Positions 23,771-38,109 are shown, numbered from the stretch's first letter. The stretch is 64,000 nucleotides of DNA from Lama glama (GCA_028534125.1 CM052816.1:65164001-65228000); one strand, 5' to 3'. Translations and numbers: made by a program. Notes: a model not told the origin generated them from the letters alone.

Positions 23771-25209
23771 ATAGCAGTTACTCTTAAATAATTCAATACT
23801 GAAACAAAACATAGTATTAAGGATAATGTGAAATTATAGTACTGCTAAATTATAATTATTTAGAATTACTTATGAATATGGGTAAGAGTTGGAAGGAAAT
23901 ATAGTTGTTTTGTTAGGACTATGCAATTTTGAGTAATATTAAATTATTTTTCTACTTCAACAGTAATAATTTTTATGGGAAAACTTTTAAAAAATGTAGC
24001 CAACATTAGTTCACACTTGTAGAAAGTTGGATGTTTTATTCAGAGCTCTCAGTTTCACATATTTTGACTGGGTTGCAAAGGGATTAACAAAAATACTGCT
24101 TGCTTTATACCACTCTGAGCAGGTTGCCATGCTCATTGACGTGACAGATGCAAACTGCTGTTCAGTCAATTATAATATAGGAAGTTATTTTTGCATTCCA
24201 GATGTCATTTCCTGTGGGCACTGAGTTTGCAGTTTCCAAAATATAAGAATTTATTTTTTTCCTGTTCTAACTTCTGTCATCTTTAAGGTCCTTGATTTTC
24301 TTCCATTTAGCAGCACCAACCAACCTTTCTCATAAAGAAATATCTCATTAACCCAATTATTTTCCCACAAATAATTAGCCCAATTATAGATGGTCTGCTA
24401 GTTTCTGTATTATTAGATATTTATAAAACTGACAGAATTTAAAATATAGGTTTTTCTTCCCCTATCTAGGATAATTACGTTGGTTAAATTCCCATATAAA
24501 TAGCTTTGAAGAATTTGGGAGACTTCCAAAGGATTATGTTGTGTTGATGGCACTGAGTGGTATTTGGGAGTGTCAATAGGCATGAAAGGATTTCCCTCAT
24601 TGACATCTTTCAGAAACTCAGAATTAAATGCATAGAATTTTCTATGTTATTGCTATAACTATAGAACTCTGGGTCTCAACCTTTTGTCTGTGGGCAAAAG
24701 TTCACATGTACAACACCATCTGAGTTGGACATTATTGCTTATGGCTGCTGAAGACTTAGGACAGACTTGGGTTTATGTGTCATTCTTCAAGCCCTGGCTA
24801 TAATCTATTATCTGCCCTCTCACAGACCTGCATTATGTCACCTAGGTGACTGCTGTAAAGAAGACCTATTCTGGATATGAGTTAAAGATGCATGGACCAA
24901 GAATTATGGCAAGCGCAAACCTATAATAGTTTTTGTCTCATTCATAAATGTTATTCACTACAAAAAAGAACTTTTAATTTAAATCTTCTATACTGAATTG
25001 TAGAGATGCGCACAGAACAGAGATATTTAGGCTGTTCCCCTCTCTGCCATTAACTTTGCCAGTAAACGGATCAATGATTCACTAATTTCATGTCAGAGTA
25101 AATATATCCCTTTAATAAAATGCACTGCATACCACAGAGATCTTGATAATATAACATGATATTGTGTGAATCTGTTGTCCATGTTTCCAAATCTTGAGTG
25201 ATTAAAGAC

Positions 25210-25430
25210 TTTCAGTCTGGAAGTGTGAAGACAAAATGCACAGAATGCCAGGAGTTTGAATTCCAACTAACTGGCTCTTTGGGGTAGATTTTATTTAAGT
25301 CATATAATCTTAGGTTTTTCACTGAGAAATAGAGGTAATATTTATGTCATAGGGTTATATTGTGAATTACATAAGCTGTTAAGTTCTTTTTTCTGTATCA
25401 GGTACTTAGTAAGTGCTCAAATATATTAAC
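25210..25430 (+). mobile_element. MIR SINE
   Basis: GGAGTTTGAATTCCAACT...GAAATAGAGGTAATATTT...TACTTAGTAAGTGCTCAAATATATTAAC. Confidence 0.65.
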
Positions 25431-26549
25431 TTTGAAGAATTATTATCATTTTTTGTGTGTCTTCAGTCACTTTTTACATAGTCAATTATAATTAAATTTA
25501 ATATTTAATTCATGAGTGTCATCACTGAGGATGCTTCTATGTCAGATATACCCAGAGACTTCCTTCTAGTGAGGGAGGAACATGGCAGCCACTCTTACAC
25601 TAGTGGCGTTCTGAATATGGCAGTGATTCCTAACCACCCTCATGTTGCCTATCAAGTTCCCTCCATCCACTCCCTTGACCTTCCCTTCTTTCTTTCCTTC
25701 TCTCCTTCTTTCTCCCCACCAATTATAAATGCAATATTTTATATATACATACATCTATATATATCTCTTTAGATAATACCTTTATCAGTCTTAAATATAG
25801 ATTAAGAAATTGATAACTATATTGTATTGCTTACTATTTCTAATCTACCATAACATTTTGTGTGCTTTCAGTAGGATTTTAGCAAGCAAACTGATGACAG
25901 ATGTGAGTTTCTTTGCAGCCTAGTGAGATTTTATCTTCTTCAAAGCAAAGCATTTTGGGGCAACATCAGGGCTAAGCTTATGGAATTAATCTCTTTTTTT
26001 GTTCAGTGCACTCCATCTACTACTGGGAACTAGATTCAGTAATTATGTTCTCTGGTTCATATTCAGCATAATGTCTTGACCTCCAGATCTGAAACAATAT
26101 ATTTTCTGAGAGATACCGATTGTATTTCGTGAAGTTCTGCTGAGCCAAGTTAATTAAGGATGCCTTTGTTCTGCATATGGTTAATCTGAATTATACAGTC
26201 TTAGACATTAAAACATTAAAGCATGCATAATGGCCAGTTACAAATCAGAGAATTTTTGCAAATGTGCTTTATATTTTCTAAGCACTAACACAGGTTTTTA
26301 ACATTTAAAACGACTGCTTATATTTAAAACATCATTTATATTTAAAAAAACTAAGTTGCCATCTTATAAAAATAAATATATGGCTCTAATCTATGAACAA
26401 TATGAGTTAATACCTACTGTGAACTTCTATTCTGTACTACGTATATGACATACGACTAGTTACTGTAAGGATATGAGACTCAGTGAGTCAGGGAGAGCAT
26501 CAAGTCCATTATTCTCATGGATTACCCATTCTTTGCATCATAGCTTCAA

Positions 26550-26660
26550 TTGTGTGAATTCATTTCAGCAGACTTTTATCAAACATCTTCCATGTGTGAG
26601 GCACTGTGCTTGGTACTGGGGAAGGAGAGCAGACAGTCTAAATGTTTCCACAGTCCAGTA
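26550..26660 (-). mobile_element. L2 3' end
   Basis: TTCATTTCAGCAGACTTTTATCAAACATCTTCCATGTGTGAGGCACTGTGCTTGGTACTGGG. Confidence 0.7.
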
Positions 26661-27861
26661 AATACGCTGTCTTGTTACAGACAGTTTTTGGACAGCCAGG
26701 TGTTCCCTTGGAGTTAGACTGCGTGGAGGTGTTATTGCTGCTCTAAGGATTTATCAGTAGACAGGGAAGTCTTAGATAGCCACTAGATGTTATACGTATG
26801 GTCAAGGGAGAATTTTGCTGTTGTTTAATACTGTGAATATATTTAAATGCTCGTGCAAAAAAGCCAGCCTAGAATACACATGAAAGAGTGAAGAGCTGAT
26901 TGTTATGGCAGTCTCAGGGCAGGCAGAAGTGAATGGAACCTAGAGAACAGATTTAGGGACTAGCTTTGTATCAGTGGAATGATGTCTCTTCCGTGGTCTT
27001 AGAGGGAAGGTGGAGACTCAGGGAGGCTATTGCATGTATGCCCCAAGGGAAGTGGACACACAATGGAGCAACAGTGGTATTATGAAGAGAGGCATGTCTA
27101 GAAGTGTTCTACACCTAGGCCTCTGCCTGGCCCCTAAACAAGGTACTGTCATGATTCCTTCATAGGGAGCAGCATTAAGAATCTAAGATAATGGCAATGT
27201 AATGTGTGGGCCAAATGGGAGAAGGTATATCTGACGGTTTCTTGAGAGCAAAGTCTATCCTGTGTGTATCTTTGTGTTGTTTGTTGCACCCATCCCAGAC
27301 TTGAATATTATTGGTGTTAAGTAAGTTTATGGTATTTGTTGTATTCAGAAGGGATGGGCACATAGTTTGTTAAGAAGAGAGATGATGGGATGGAGGAGTG
27401 ATAATTCAGACTTGACTCTTCTGCCTAGGACAGGGTTTAGTTAATACACAGTTGATTTAGTTCATATACAGTTACATTATTTAATGTGTAATTTGAAAGC
27501 AGCAGAAGCCCTGATGGTTAGAGCATATAATTTATGTTATTTTAGAAGTATCCAAATACATGATTGGGCCTTTTCATACATTAATTCATGGCAAGTCCAC
27601 AGGAAATCTCTCTTCAAATGAAGTTGACCTATGTCTCATCTTTTTGGATCTGATGGTCCAATCCCTATCCTCCTAAAGCAGTTTGCAAATGACTCAGGGC
27701 AAATAAAAGCAGGAAACTTATGAAACTATGCTCCTATGGAGATTTGAGATGGAGGTACAAACAAAGTTACCCTTCTCCATTTTTTAGCATTAAGAATCCC
27801 AGAGCCATTCTTTTCTGTGTTGTCTCCCTGTACCTTGTACAGTGTAGACCATAGCCAGGTA

Positions 27862-27963
27862 TTAAGAATCGTCAGTTGACTCATTCTCTGCAGTGAGTAT
27901 AAATACCCTTTCTTAAGAATCGTCAGTTGACTCATTCTCTGCAGTGGGTATAAATACCCTTTC
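27862..27963. repeat. 51-bp tandem duplication (50/51 identical)
   Basis: TTAAGAATCGTCAGTTGACTCATTCTCTGCAGTG(A/G)GTATAAATACCCTTTC at 27862-27912 and 27913-27963. Confidence 0.97.
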
Positions 27964-28727
27964 TGAGAGTATGGTTTTAAGAAAGGAGCCTAATTAGATG
28001 GTCTCATGACAAGACCAAAGTCATCTTTTTTGATTTACTTCTTAGCTGTGTGTTTAGTGTTGTTTGCCCTGAAATATGGTTTTCAAAATAATTAGTTCAG
28101 GAATATACTATTTTGACTAAGTAGAAAACACAGTGAAAGGACTCACTCAAGTTGTGACTGAAAGTCCGCATTGTCCTTATGAGATCAAGACAAGCAAGCA
28201 ACATGATAAAAAATCAGAAGTAAGTCATGCCATTTACCATGTTTTTCCATAAATTTGGCTAAGCATAATTCCACAGAGTTCAAAACAGTACTGATTACTC
28301 ACTCCGTGGAGATGTCAAATGTAAAAAGAACAGTGCATATTATTGGTTATAATGTCTAAAACTGAGCGTGTAAGCACTGATTTTATTAGTTAATAATTAA
28401 TGTTTCAGAATGGAAATAGACACATTCTTTGGACAGACTCTCTTTTTCAACAATATTAACCGGTATTGATATAAAATATACGGAAATTTAATGACAGCCC
28501 TCCTCTTCCATTAGCCAAGTCTCCTTGAGGCAGCTGAATTGATCAAAGGTTTAAACAGGTTCATTTGAGTACAAAATGTGAAGAAGTTGCAAAATGTGAA
28601 GAAATTGACTGTGGGATCACCGATTTCCCATAAATTAGATTTTCTTTGAAGCCACATGATCAATATAGATGTCATAAAACTAAAATAAGATAAAAATGTT
28701 GTGTCATCAGTTGTTATATTAGCATTT

Positions 28728-30874
28728 TTTAATGAAAATTTAATTTAAAAATTGAAGTATAGTCAATTTACAGTGTTATATCAGTTTCGGGTGTACAACA
28801 TAGTGATTCAAATAATTTTTGTAAATTATGCACCATACAAAGTTATTAAAATATTATTAGCTATATTCCCTTTATTGTACATTATATTGATGTGACCTCT
28901 TTATTTTATAACTGGTAGTGTATGCCTTTTAATATGCTTCACATAGTTTTCCCATCCCTCCACCTCCCTCTTCTCTGGCAGCCACTTGTTTGTTTCTTGC
29001 ATCTGTGAGTCTGTTTCTGTTTTGCTATGTTTGTTCATTTGTTTTGTTTTTTTAGATTCCATATATAAGTGAAATCATACAGTATTTGTGTTTTCTGTCT
29101 GGCTTACTTTACTTAGCATAATACTCTGTAGGTCCTTGTATGTGATCACAAATAGCAAGATTTCATTCTTTTTTTATGGCTAATATTCCATTGTGTATAT
29201 ATACCACATCTTCCTTAATCATTGATCTGTTGATGGACACTTAGGTTGCTTCCATGTCTTGACTATTGTAAATAGTGCTGCTATAAACACTGGGGTACTT
29301 ACATTTTTTGAATTAGAATTTCCTCCAGATACATGCCCAGGAGTGGAATTACTAGATCATATGATATGGTAAGTCTATTTTTAGTTTTTTGAGGAATCTG
29401 CATTCTGTTTTCCACAGTAGCTGAACCAAATTACATTCCCACCACCAGTATAGAAGGGTTCCCTTTTCAGTTGGGATCACTTTGGATTTATCATTTTTAG
29501 AACTCTCTGTGCTTTCTTAATCTGAATGTCTGTTTCCATTTCCAGGTTAGGAAAGTTTTCAGTTGTTATTTTATCAAATACATTTTCTGCCTTTTTCTCT
29601 TTCTCTTCTTCTTCTGGGACTACTAAAATGTGAATGTTAGTATGCTTCATGTTAACTCAGAGGTCCTTAAACTATCCTTTTTTTAAGATTCATTTTTCTT
29701 TTTGCTCTTCTGATTGGGTGATTTTTTTTATTCTGTCTTCCAGGTCACTTATGCATTCTTCTGTATTACCTAATCTGCTGTTGATTCCCTGCAGTGTAGT
29801 TTTCATTTCACTTATTGTATTTATCAGCTCTGATTTTTTTTTTAATATTTTTAAAGTATTTGCTGAAGTTCTCATTAGGTTCCTCTATTCTTCTCAGTTT
29901 GTTGAGTATTTTTATGGCCATTGCAGCAGAATTCTTTATCAGGTAAATTACTTATCTCTATTTTATAAGTTCTTTTTCCCCTCCCAGAGTTAGCTTAATG
30001 TTTATTTGGAACATATTCCTCTGTCTTCTCGTTTTGTTTGATTTTTTGTGCTTGTCTCCATGAATTGGGCAGAAGAGTTACCTCTCCTGGTCTCAAGGAT
30101 GTGTCCTTGTGTGGAAGAGTCTCCCACATGTGCCCAGTGGCTTTAGCAAGAAGGCTGGAGCTGAAGTGGGTGCAGACAAAGGCTTCTCTTGGGACACACC
30201 AGAGGCTGTTACCTTGACTGGGGGCTGCTTGAGCCTTAGCCTGGCACAGGCCAGGGATTTTCCTAGGGTTCATCAAGGGCTGCTGCCTTGGTGAGAGAGG
30301 CTATCGCTGGAGCACTGCACAGGCCAGAACTTCTTCTGGGGTGTGCCAAGGGCCAGAATCTTGTATAGTTTACAGATTTGTAGAATGTAGACAGGCCAGT
30401 TAGAGTGCCAGGTACTTTTCAATCTTTTGCCTCTGTGCTGGGACTCAGAGTGAGTAAGTTTTTCATGCACCCTTTAAAAGCAAAGTCTTGATTTCCTACA
30501 GTCTTCCAGCTCGTCCAGTCATAAGCTCTGCTGGTTTCAAAAATCCAGTAAGGGAGCTCATCTTCCTGGTGTTGGTCCCCAGGGCTGGGATGCCCAATGT
30601 GGGACTTTTAGAGAGGTCCTTTGAGTTTGTGATATCCTCCTCAGCTTCTGGGTTGCCTGCCTAGGGTGTGGATCCTGACTAGGTAGCATCTTAGCTCCTC
30701 TCACCCATCTCAGTGTGTTTTTTCTTTATATTCTTAATCGTAGAAGAGCTGTTCTGCTAGTATTTAGGTTGTTCTCAAAGAGAGTTCTTCTGTATGTAGT
30801 TGTAGTTTTGATATGTCTGCAGGAGAAGATGAGCTCAGGGTCTTTCTACTTTACCACCTTGTTCCCGTCCACAA
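28728..30874 (-). mobile_element. Internally deleted LINE-1 with both termini and a TSD
   Basis: 3' UTR/ORF2 tail 28728-29468 joined directly to ORF1/5' UTR 29469-30874; ORF1-like INTISEMKTTLQGINSRLGNTEECISDLEDR; TSD ATTAGCATTT 28718-28727 / 30875-30884. Confidence 0.9.
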
Positions 30875-33800
30875 ATTAGCATTTAAATCGTGAATTAAAC
30901 CTAGATTTTTGGTAAAGAAAAAAATCTTTATAAAAGGATAAACAATCTAGGGATAAAGCAATTATTTATTATTCCCATGTCAGATGGGATAAAAACTAAT
31001 GCCCTTCTTAATTTTTGCTTTATTATATTAAATAGCATTATCATCTTTTATTTACTTTATCACAAGATATTTTTTCTTTATCATATATCTATAGAAAATC
31101 TAGTATCATTCCTGTGTGACTGGTAGATTAATTTTAGTTATTTCAGTCTAGAAAAGTGAATGTCAGTGTAAGATATGAGCGAAATCTACAAAATACATAT
31201 TACAGTTCTTAGGCTAATTAGTTAAATGCTAGGTGGGGCAGGGGGATATTTCTAGAACACTTGCTCTGATATTGAAGTGAAATGCATTCCTCTAGTGATG
31301 ACTGATGAACATTTATGCTTACAATTGTTTAAATTCCCCAGAAATATTTCCAAATACATGAATTACTAAGTAAGATGTTTGACAAATGTACACTACTTTT
31401 GTTTTCTGAGTAAATGCCCCAACTAATTTCCTGGTGATCATCATGTTCATTGTTTACAATATCATCAATGTTATTGTTGACATTTAAAATATAACCTAAA
31501 TTATCCTGGTCAGGTAATTGTTATTTTCTCCAGATAATAGCCTTGATGTCTGCTTCCCTCTTTCCCTTCCCAGAATATCAGTTAATGCTAATGAATAGAT
31601 TTTTTTTAAAAGTCATATTTGGATATTTATCTTAATGCTAGGTATGAGTGAATTTGATTTTTTTCCTATTCATATTTAATAAGCCACATTTTCTTTTAAT
31701 TCAATGGGAGTGATAGATGGAATGCTTTACTCTGAATCACTCTTCCCCTCTGATGATTAAGACTTGTTTTCAAGTAAAGTTTGGTATCCTTGTCTCTGTT
31801 TTGTCTTAGGTTTATTTCTTTCCATGGAGTTTCTTCTTCCCCTGCTACAAAATAAACTTCTGGAGGCTCACCAGCTCACTGCGTGTGTCCAGACTTTTAT
31901 GAATTCTAGAAATGGACAGTGTTTGGTTCAACTTGGGTCCTGGCTACATATTCTTTATTCCTGTTTAATAAATCCTGTTCCTCTACCATGTGCTAATAAT
32001 ACATGATGGGAATCTTGGCATGGTCATTACTGCTCCCCATCTGGAAACAGTTCATCCCTGAATATCCTTCCTCTTATATCCCTCTTTTCTTGTTTATCCT
32101 AATATAGAGTAATACTTATAAATGAGCTCAGAAGTTTGATGTTCCTACTCAGTTCACGTCCACCTCAAATCAAAGGGGAGTCATTAATCATCATTGGTTT
32201 TGAGTCTGAATCCCCAGCAGGAAACTTAGAGCTCCAGAAACTCTGACTTAGGCTGGCATCTGTCATGCAGTGAGGCAGTGGTACTGACTGAATTCTTTTT
32301 CTGAAAAGTGTCCTTCTAAGTGCCATAGTAGTGATAGTTCTGTCCCACAGGTGCTTATAGATTGATGAGAATCATGGTGCAAGGATGCTCTAAGAACTTC
32401 CTACACTACAGACCCCTTTACCTCCTGGTGGGTGATGTTTTCTATTATTTCTTCTGTACCAAAATGAAGATTACAAGTAGAAATGGAATCAAAGATGAGA
32501 TTAGGATAAGGACAGTTTCCTTTTCCGGGTAGGACTGTAGAGCTCTGGTATTCAGCTGGCCGTTTACAATGAATGTCCTTTCTGGTTGGTCATGGCCTTA
32601 ATTCTCATTGCATATTGATTAAAAAATATATTGAATATGACCCCATGATTTCAGACATTCCTGTTCTTAGTATTCTTTAGAGCTGAAGAAAGCCTTCTGT
32701 CTGTATTACCTGTTGAGCTTCTGGGTCATCATCTCTGTCTTTTCTTTTTTGTCAGGTCTGTATTTGCCCTCCATCAATGTGTCTGATCATGGTAATTTTG
32801 AGAAACTAGTTCCATGGCTGCTTCAGTCCTGGAGTCTTTTTAAAGATTCCTCTGGAGGGTGCCAGCCATGTTAAAATATAATTCTATTGATACAGTTAAA
32901 GCACTGTTTGTGAACGTATAAGTGTCATTATGCAGCATTTTTCACCTACCCACCCCAAGCCCCCCTCCTACACTTCTTCCACGCCTTCCCACCCTCACTT
33001 TCATTACCAGTGCTGGGTAACTGGTGGGCTGTTTGAAGGATTTCTCCTCCACAGATTGAATTTAAAAGGCTTGATTTATAACCAGACTTACAGTGATTTA
33101 CTTTGCTGGTAAATTAGAAACCATCTGGACTGGAAAGCCTGCTTAGATAATTTATAGTTTATTGTGATTCTGAAATTAATTAATTTTTAGTTCTCTGATA
33201 CCCTATCTAGATCGGGCTTCTAAGATGAATGGAAGACACAGCAAAAATTCAGTAGCTCCAAACTCCATTGAAATCTTCTCCCAATTTTCTTGAGCTAACT
33301 TGTGTATGTTTTAAAAAATTATTTACTTTCATGGTTTGGCAAGACACAGACAGAAAGCAGCTTCCAGTGTCAGTGGCAGCAGGAAAGAATACTAATAAGT
33401 GTTAGTCATCCACAGTAAATTAAAAATACAATAATAAAGGAAAATTAAACTGCGGTGTGTTTGGGTGTTTGGTCTATTACCATAAATTCATCCTCTCATC
33501 TCCTATTCTCTGAAAAAGAGTAGGTGTGGCAGGAAGCATTTGGGAAATTCCATTAGGATTTTTAGAGAAAATTACTCCACTAAGTGATTCAGGATTCAGC
33601 TCCTAGCTTCCAAGCGTCAACTGAGGCGTGTGAAACATTTTATTTTGTATATAAGTATACAAGTAATACCATAGGATGCCTAGTTTTTAGGTGAGGAAAT
33701 GCTAATGATTAGCCCAGGTTCTCATACTAATGGTGGCTAAGAGATTAATGCTAATGGTGGCGAAGAGGTAAAAATTCACCAGTCCACCTTTTGGCTGGAG

Positions 33801-35180
33801 GTTGATCAAAACATTTCAGGTACAGTATTAGACTAGAATACAATGCCTTGCTCCTGGTAGGTAAATGAATAAATATAAGATGTTGTACCCTGAAATTCAG
33901 AATTGGCAGCAAGATCTACATAATAAAAATGTATTTTTCTTCTCATTTTATTATTAAATAAGAACATTTGAGTTGAAATGAATGAATGCAAAGGTGCCAC
34001 CAGATACTGAGTCAGATTTCTTGGGCTTTGAATTTTAGATCTGCATTCATTCCATTTCTCTGGGAAGGCTGCCTTTCTCTTTCTCTGCTCAGTTTTGATG
34101 CATAACAGATTCTGTTACACTGGAGATTGTTAAGACTTCATCAAGTGAGGATTCCCTGACTTCTGCCTTCCTGCTGCACCAACCAAGTAGTCAAACTAAT
34201 TTACACCACATCATTCTCAATCCTATGATGCAAGACACCATGTAGACCTAACATTGCTATTGCCAATGATGCCTAATCTCCTAGGAACATGATCACTTTG
34301 ATAATTTGTACATGTTTGGTGTCTCTGCCAACCTCTAGATCACAGAAAGCTGTTAATTCCAAATTAGCTTTGCAAAGTGCATTTCATAGCCTTCTCACAG
34401 ATTGCTCTGAGTATATTAGACAGCTAGTAGGTTAATGTACCTTTTTCTTTTGATTTTTTTTATTACTCAAAAAGGCTTCCATTTTTTAATTCAGCTTTCT
34501 GACTCTGCTTGTGCTCTCAATACTTTCACAGCGATTTTCTGCTCTTCAGTGAGGATAGCATGCTTGATCATGTCATGGACTTGTTTAGTGGATGAAGCCA
34601 CCACAAGTTTTTTGTTTGTTTGTTTGTTGGTTGGTTTTTAGACCACTTCATAAGAACTTTAGATTTCACAGCACAAACTCCTTGGAATTGGCCTGAGAAT
34701 ACACCACAGGCTTCAGCTTTGACTTAAAAACCAACAAACAAACTCCCTCATGCTCCAGTGTGTATATGTGAACAGATTTCCTAAGAGCTAATATTTGCTA
34801 ATGTTGTTCCACTGCAGGGCTATTGATAAAAGATAAAGCCATTTAGTGCATAAGTTCATATCACACAATTTTGATAGAATCAATAATTTAATGAAAATTT
34901 AGGTATTCTCTTGACTGAAAAAAATGCAAGAATCCAGAGAAGAGTGATAGTCCCTGAAGGCAGAAATAGGAGTGTGATATTTTTGCTGTTTCCAGAGTGG
35001 TGTCAAATGTACGTCTGACTCATTGGTACTGTTTCTTATTGTCAAGGAATAGTGGGTGAGGGAAGTAAATGCCAGTGTAAATACTCTAGATCCTCAAGAA
35101 TTTGTGGCAAAAGCTCTTTATAAACAATTGATAAGGCTGGATAATGTAACTAAGTGGCTTGCCGAAAACAGCAGGATTTT

Positions 35181-35237
35181 CCTTCCTCCCTCCCTTCCTC
35201 CCTTCCTCCCTTCCTGTCTCCTTCCTTCCTTCCTTCC
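35181..35237. repeat. (CCTT/CCCT)n simple repeat
   Basis: Directly visible. Confidence 0.9.
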
Positions 35238-35269
35238 ATTTCTGCTTAATAAATAGACATTAATTTATT

Positions 35270-36230
35270 CCTTCATTTATTTCTATTTATTTTGTTATGC
35301 TCTTTCCTACTTCTAGTAGAAATGTTTGGTTCATTTTTATTGTTCTTTTTATCAACATAAGTTCTAAAAATTATGTATTTTCCTTTGAATGCTTCATTAG
35401 CTATATTCCATAGGCTAGGATATGCAGCATTTTCATTATAGTCGTTCTCTAAAAAGTCTGCAGTTATAATTTGTTTTTCTGCTTTGATCTAAAAATTATT
35501 TAATAGAGATTATTAGAATTTCCAGGAGTAAAGGATTTTTGTTATTGTGGATCTCTGATTTCATTGTTTCTAGTTTCTGGATTGTGAATAGAAATTGTTA
35601 TCTTTATCGCATCTATTGTTTTGGAATTATGAGGTTTCTCTGGGACCTAATATGTTACCAATTTTCATAATATTCAGAGTTCTTGAACAGCAGGAGTATT
35701 CTTTATTATTCGAGTGCAGAATATAATGTACCTACCTGTATTTGGAGTATCTACGTTAGTGTTTGTTTTGGGGTCCTTATTTCATTTTTGATAATTGAGA
35801 GACATAAAGTTTCATATTAGTATGTTTCTGCTATTCCTCCTTTAATCTTTTATTATCTCTGCTTTATCTTGCTGTTATTTTTCACATAGATATTTATAAG
35901 TGTTAGTTCTTCATTGTGAATTGTAGATTTCAGCATTATAACTTGCCCTCTTTATTGTCCCATTTACCAATATCCCTTGTTGTCTGATGGTAGGATTACA
36001 ACCCCTGGTTTCTTTTTTATTTGTATGGTATATCTTTGCCCATTCTTCCATTTTTAATTTCTCTGAAGTACTTTCCTTTAGTGTATCTCTTATATGTAGC
36101 ATAGAGTTTGTAATCTGTAAATTTTTGTAGTCTAATCTGAAAATCTTTATTATGATAGGTGTTTGAAGTCCTTGCATTTATTGATATGACAAATGTATTT
36201 GATCTTAGTCCTCTCACAGTATTTTCTTGT
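35270..36230 (-). mobile_element. Old LINE-1 (L1M-type) ORF2 endonuclease remnant
   Basis: Frameshifted peptides RGLRSNTFVISINA and DTLKESTSEKLKMEEWAKIYHTNKK resemble the L1 ORF2 N-terminus. Confidence 0.75.
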
Positions 36231-37679
36231 TTACTTATTTACACATTATTTATTTTTAAAACACTTCTGTTGGGTTTTTTTTTCTTTTAAATTTACAATT
36301 GTTTTGATAATTTAAAAAAATGTATAATACCATATAAGTTTATATTTTCCTTCTGTACTTCTGGAACATTTTCCTTACTTGCTTTCTTAATCTGCAGGGG
36401 ACTTTTGCTGTTTTTTTCCCTTTTTTTTTCTTTTTTTAATAGTATCTTGGTGTGGATATGAGGATCTTATATTTTAAAATAAACCTTAGACTAGGATGAG
36501 TTAGGTATTCCTGTGCCACCAATTTAGGGGGGATATTGTGAAGAGGGATGGTCAGCACCAGAGTAGCTTTCCTGACTTCTCAGCTGATGGGTCCCCCTTC
36601 TGCTCCTTCATGATATTTTGTGCAGCTGAGTTGGCCTTGGCACTCAGCACCAGGAGCTCTAGATGTCCTCATTCTTCTCCACCACACCTAGAACACCACA
36701 GCCCCCACCACTCCTGCAGTTTGGTTGGTTTGGGGTGTTTGGGCCCAGTCCATCCTTATAGGTAATTTAGTATTTGTAGATTTTTTTCTTCTTTTTATTT
36801 TGCTAAAAAGGTGTGTGTGTGTGTGTATGTTTAAGTGTTAAGGAGGAAGGGTGTTTTTTTTCCCTCTCTTTATTGCTCTGTTTAGTTTTAAATAGAAGAA
36901 TAAGAACTTGCAACACTTTCTTGGTGAAAAAATGCTGAGAGATAAAGAAGAGAAAGAGCAAGATTCTCACTTGTCATTCCACTCCTGCCATCTCTTTTGT
37001 CAAGCTAGGCCCTGCCTCTCCTCACCTCTACCAGAAATATGTTCTTACTTTTAAGATCCATAGCAACCTGTGGATTCCATGATTCAGTGGTGAAGCTCTG
37101 TATCGTACTGATTGTTAGTCCTGTTTCCTTCTTTTCACAGAAGTTACCCTTCTTTGCCAAAGGCAAAGAAAAATTAGCCTCTTGGTAGAATAAAGTGACA
37201 TTCCACTACAGTGAGAAAAAAAACAGGATCCCTGGGTGAAAAAATCAGGCCAGCTCTACCTATGAGGGCAATTAACATTCTGCTTAGCTTTCTATTAATT
37301 ATTCAAAGACCGATTATGCTTCCTTATGTTTGTTTGGTTTAGATTATGTGTTGATGATTTTACCAAGAGTTTGCCCAAGGCAAGAAGTAAGTGGAAGTCA
37401 ATCTCAAATCACCATGTCTGGCTATGACCTGTGATAAAAAGTTTAATGGGAAAGTTTAGTTTAGTTGAGGGTAACAGACATTCATTGGGTACAAGGTGCT
37501 AGAGATAGATTTAGAGCTAAGTTAGAAATAGTTTCTACTTTTTCAGTAATTCAGTCATCTTCCTCAAATAAGTAATCTCCCTTCACATCCAGTTAAGTTG
37601 CAACCGTGGACTAAGAAAGAGTTTTCTAGTCTCTTTTTATTCCCATTTGCCTATATAAGCAGGTGTATATCTGGTTTCC

Positions 37680-37820
37680 TTCTGGATTTCAGGGTTCTGT
37701 AATCTTCAGAACAGAGACCCTTTGTGCCTTGTATATTACCAGATTCCTGATGCTCATCATAGTACCTGACATAACACACACATAAACACACTTATACATG
37801 CTATATTGAATGAATAAAGA
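37680..37820 (+). mobile_element. L2 3' end
   Basis: GAACAGAGACCCTTTGTGCCTTG...CATAGTACCTGACATA...TATTGAATGAATAAA. Confidence 0.65.
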
Positions 37821-38109
37821 AATATGTTAACAGACAGGGGAGTTCTTACTAATTGATCTCTAGCATCATTTTATTGTTCTGAGAATTGTGGATTTGATAT
37901 AGAAGTAAGGTATCAATCTTAACTTATACACAAATTTACCATGTCATTTCAGACATTCAAATATAAAAAAATCCTATACTAAAATGGCAAGACTGAATTA
38001 GTAATCAAGTCATAACCTGAACACTATGTAGTCTAATGATCTTTTATTGAGAATAAGTTCAGAAAAACAGTTCACCATTCTTCAATTGTTTATGCCACAT
38101 GTGTAGTTT

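Noticed and set aside
27862..27963. Direct repeats as a possible CRISPR-like array
   Set aside because: Only two abutting copies, no spacers, mammalian context.
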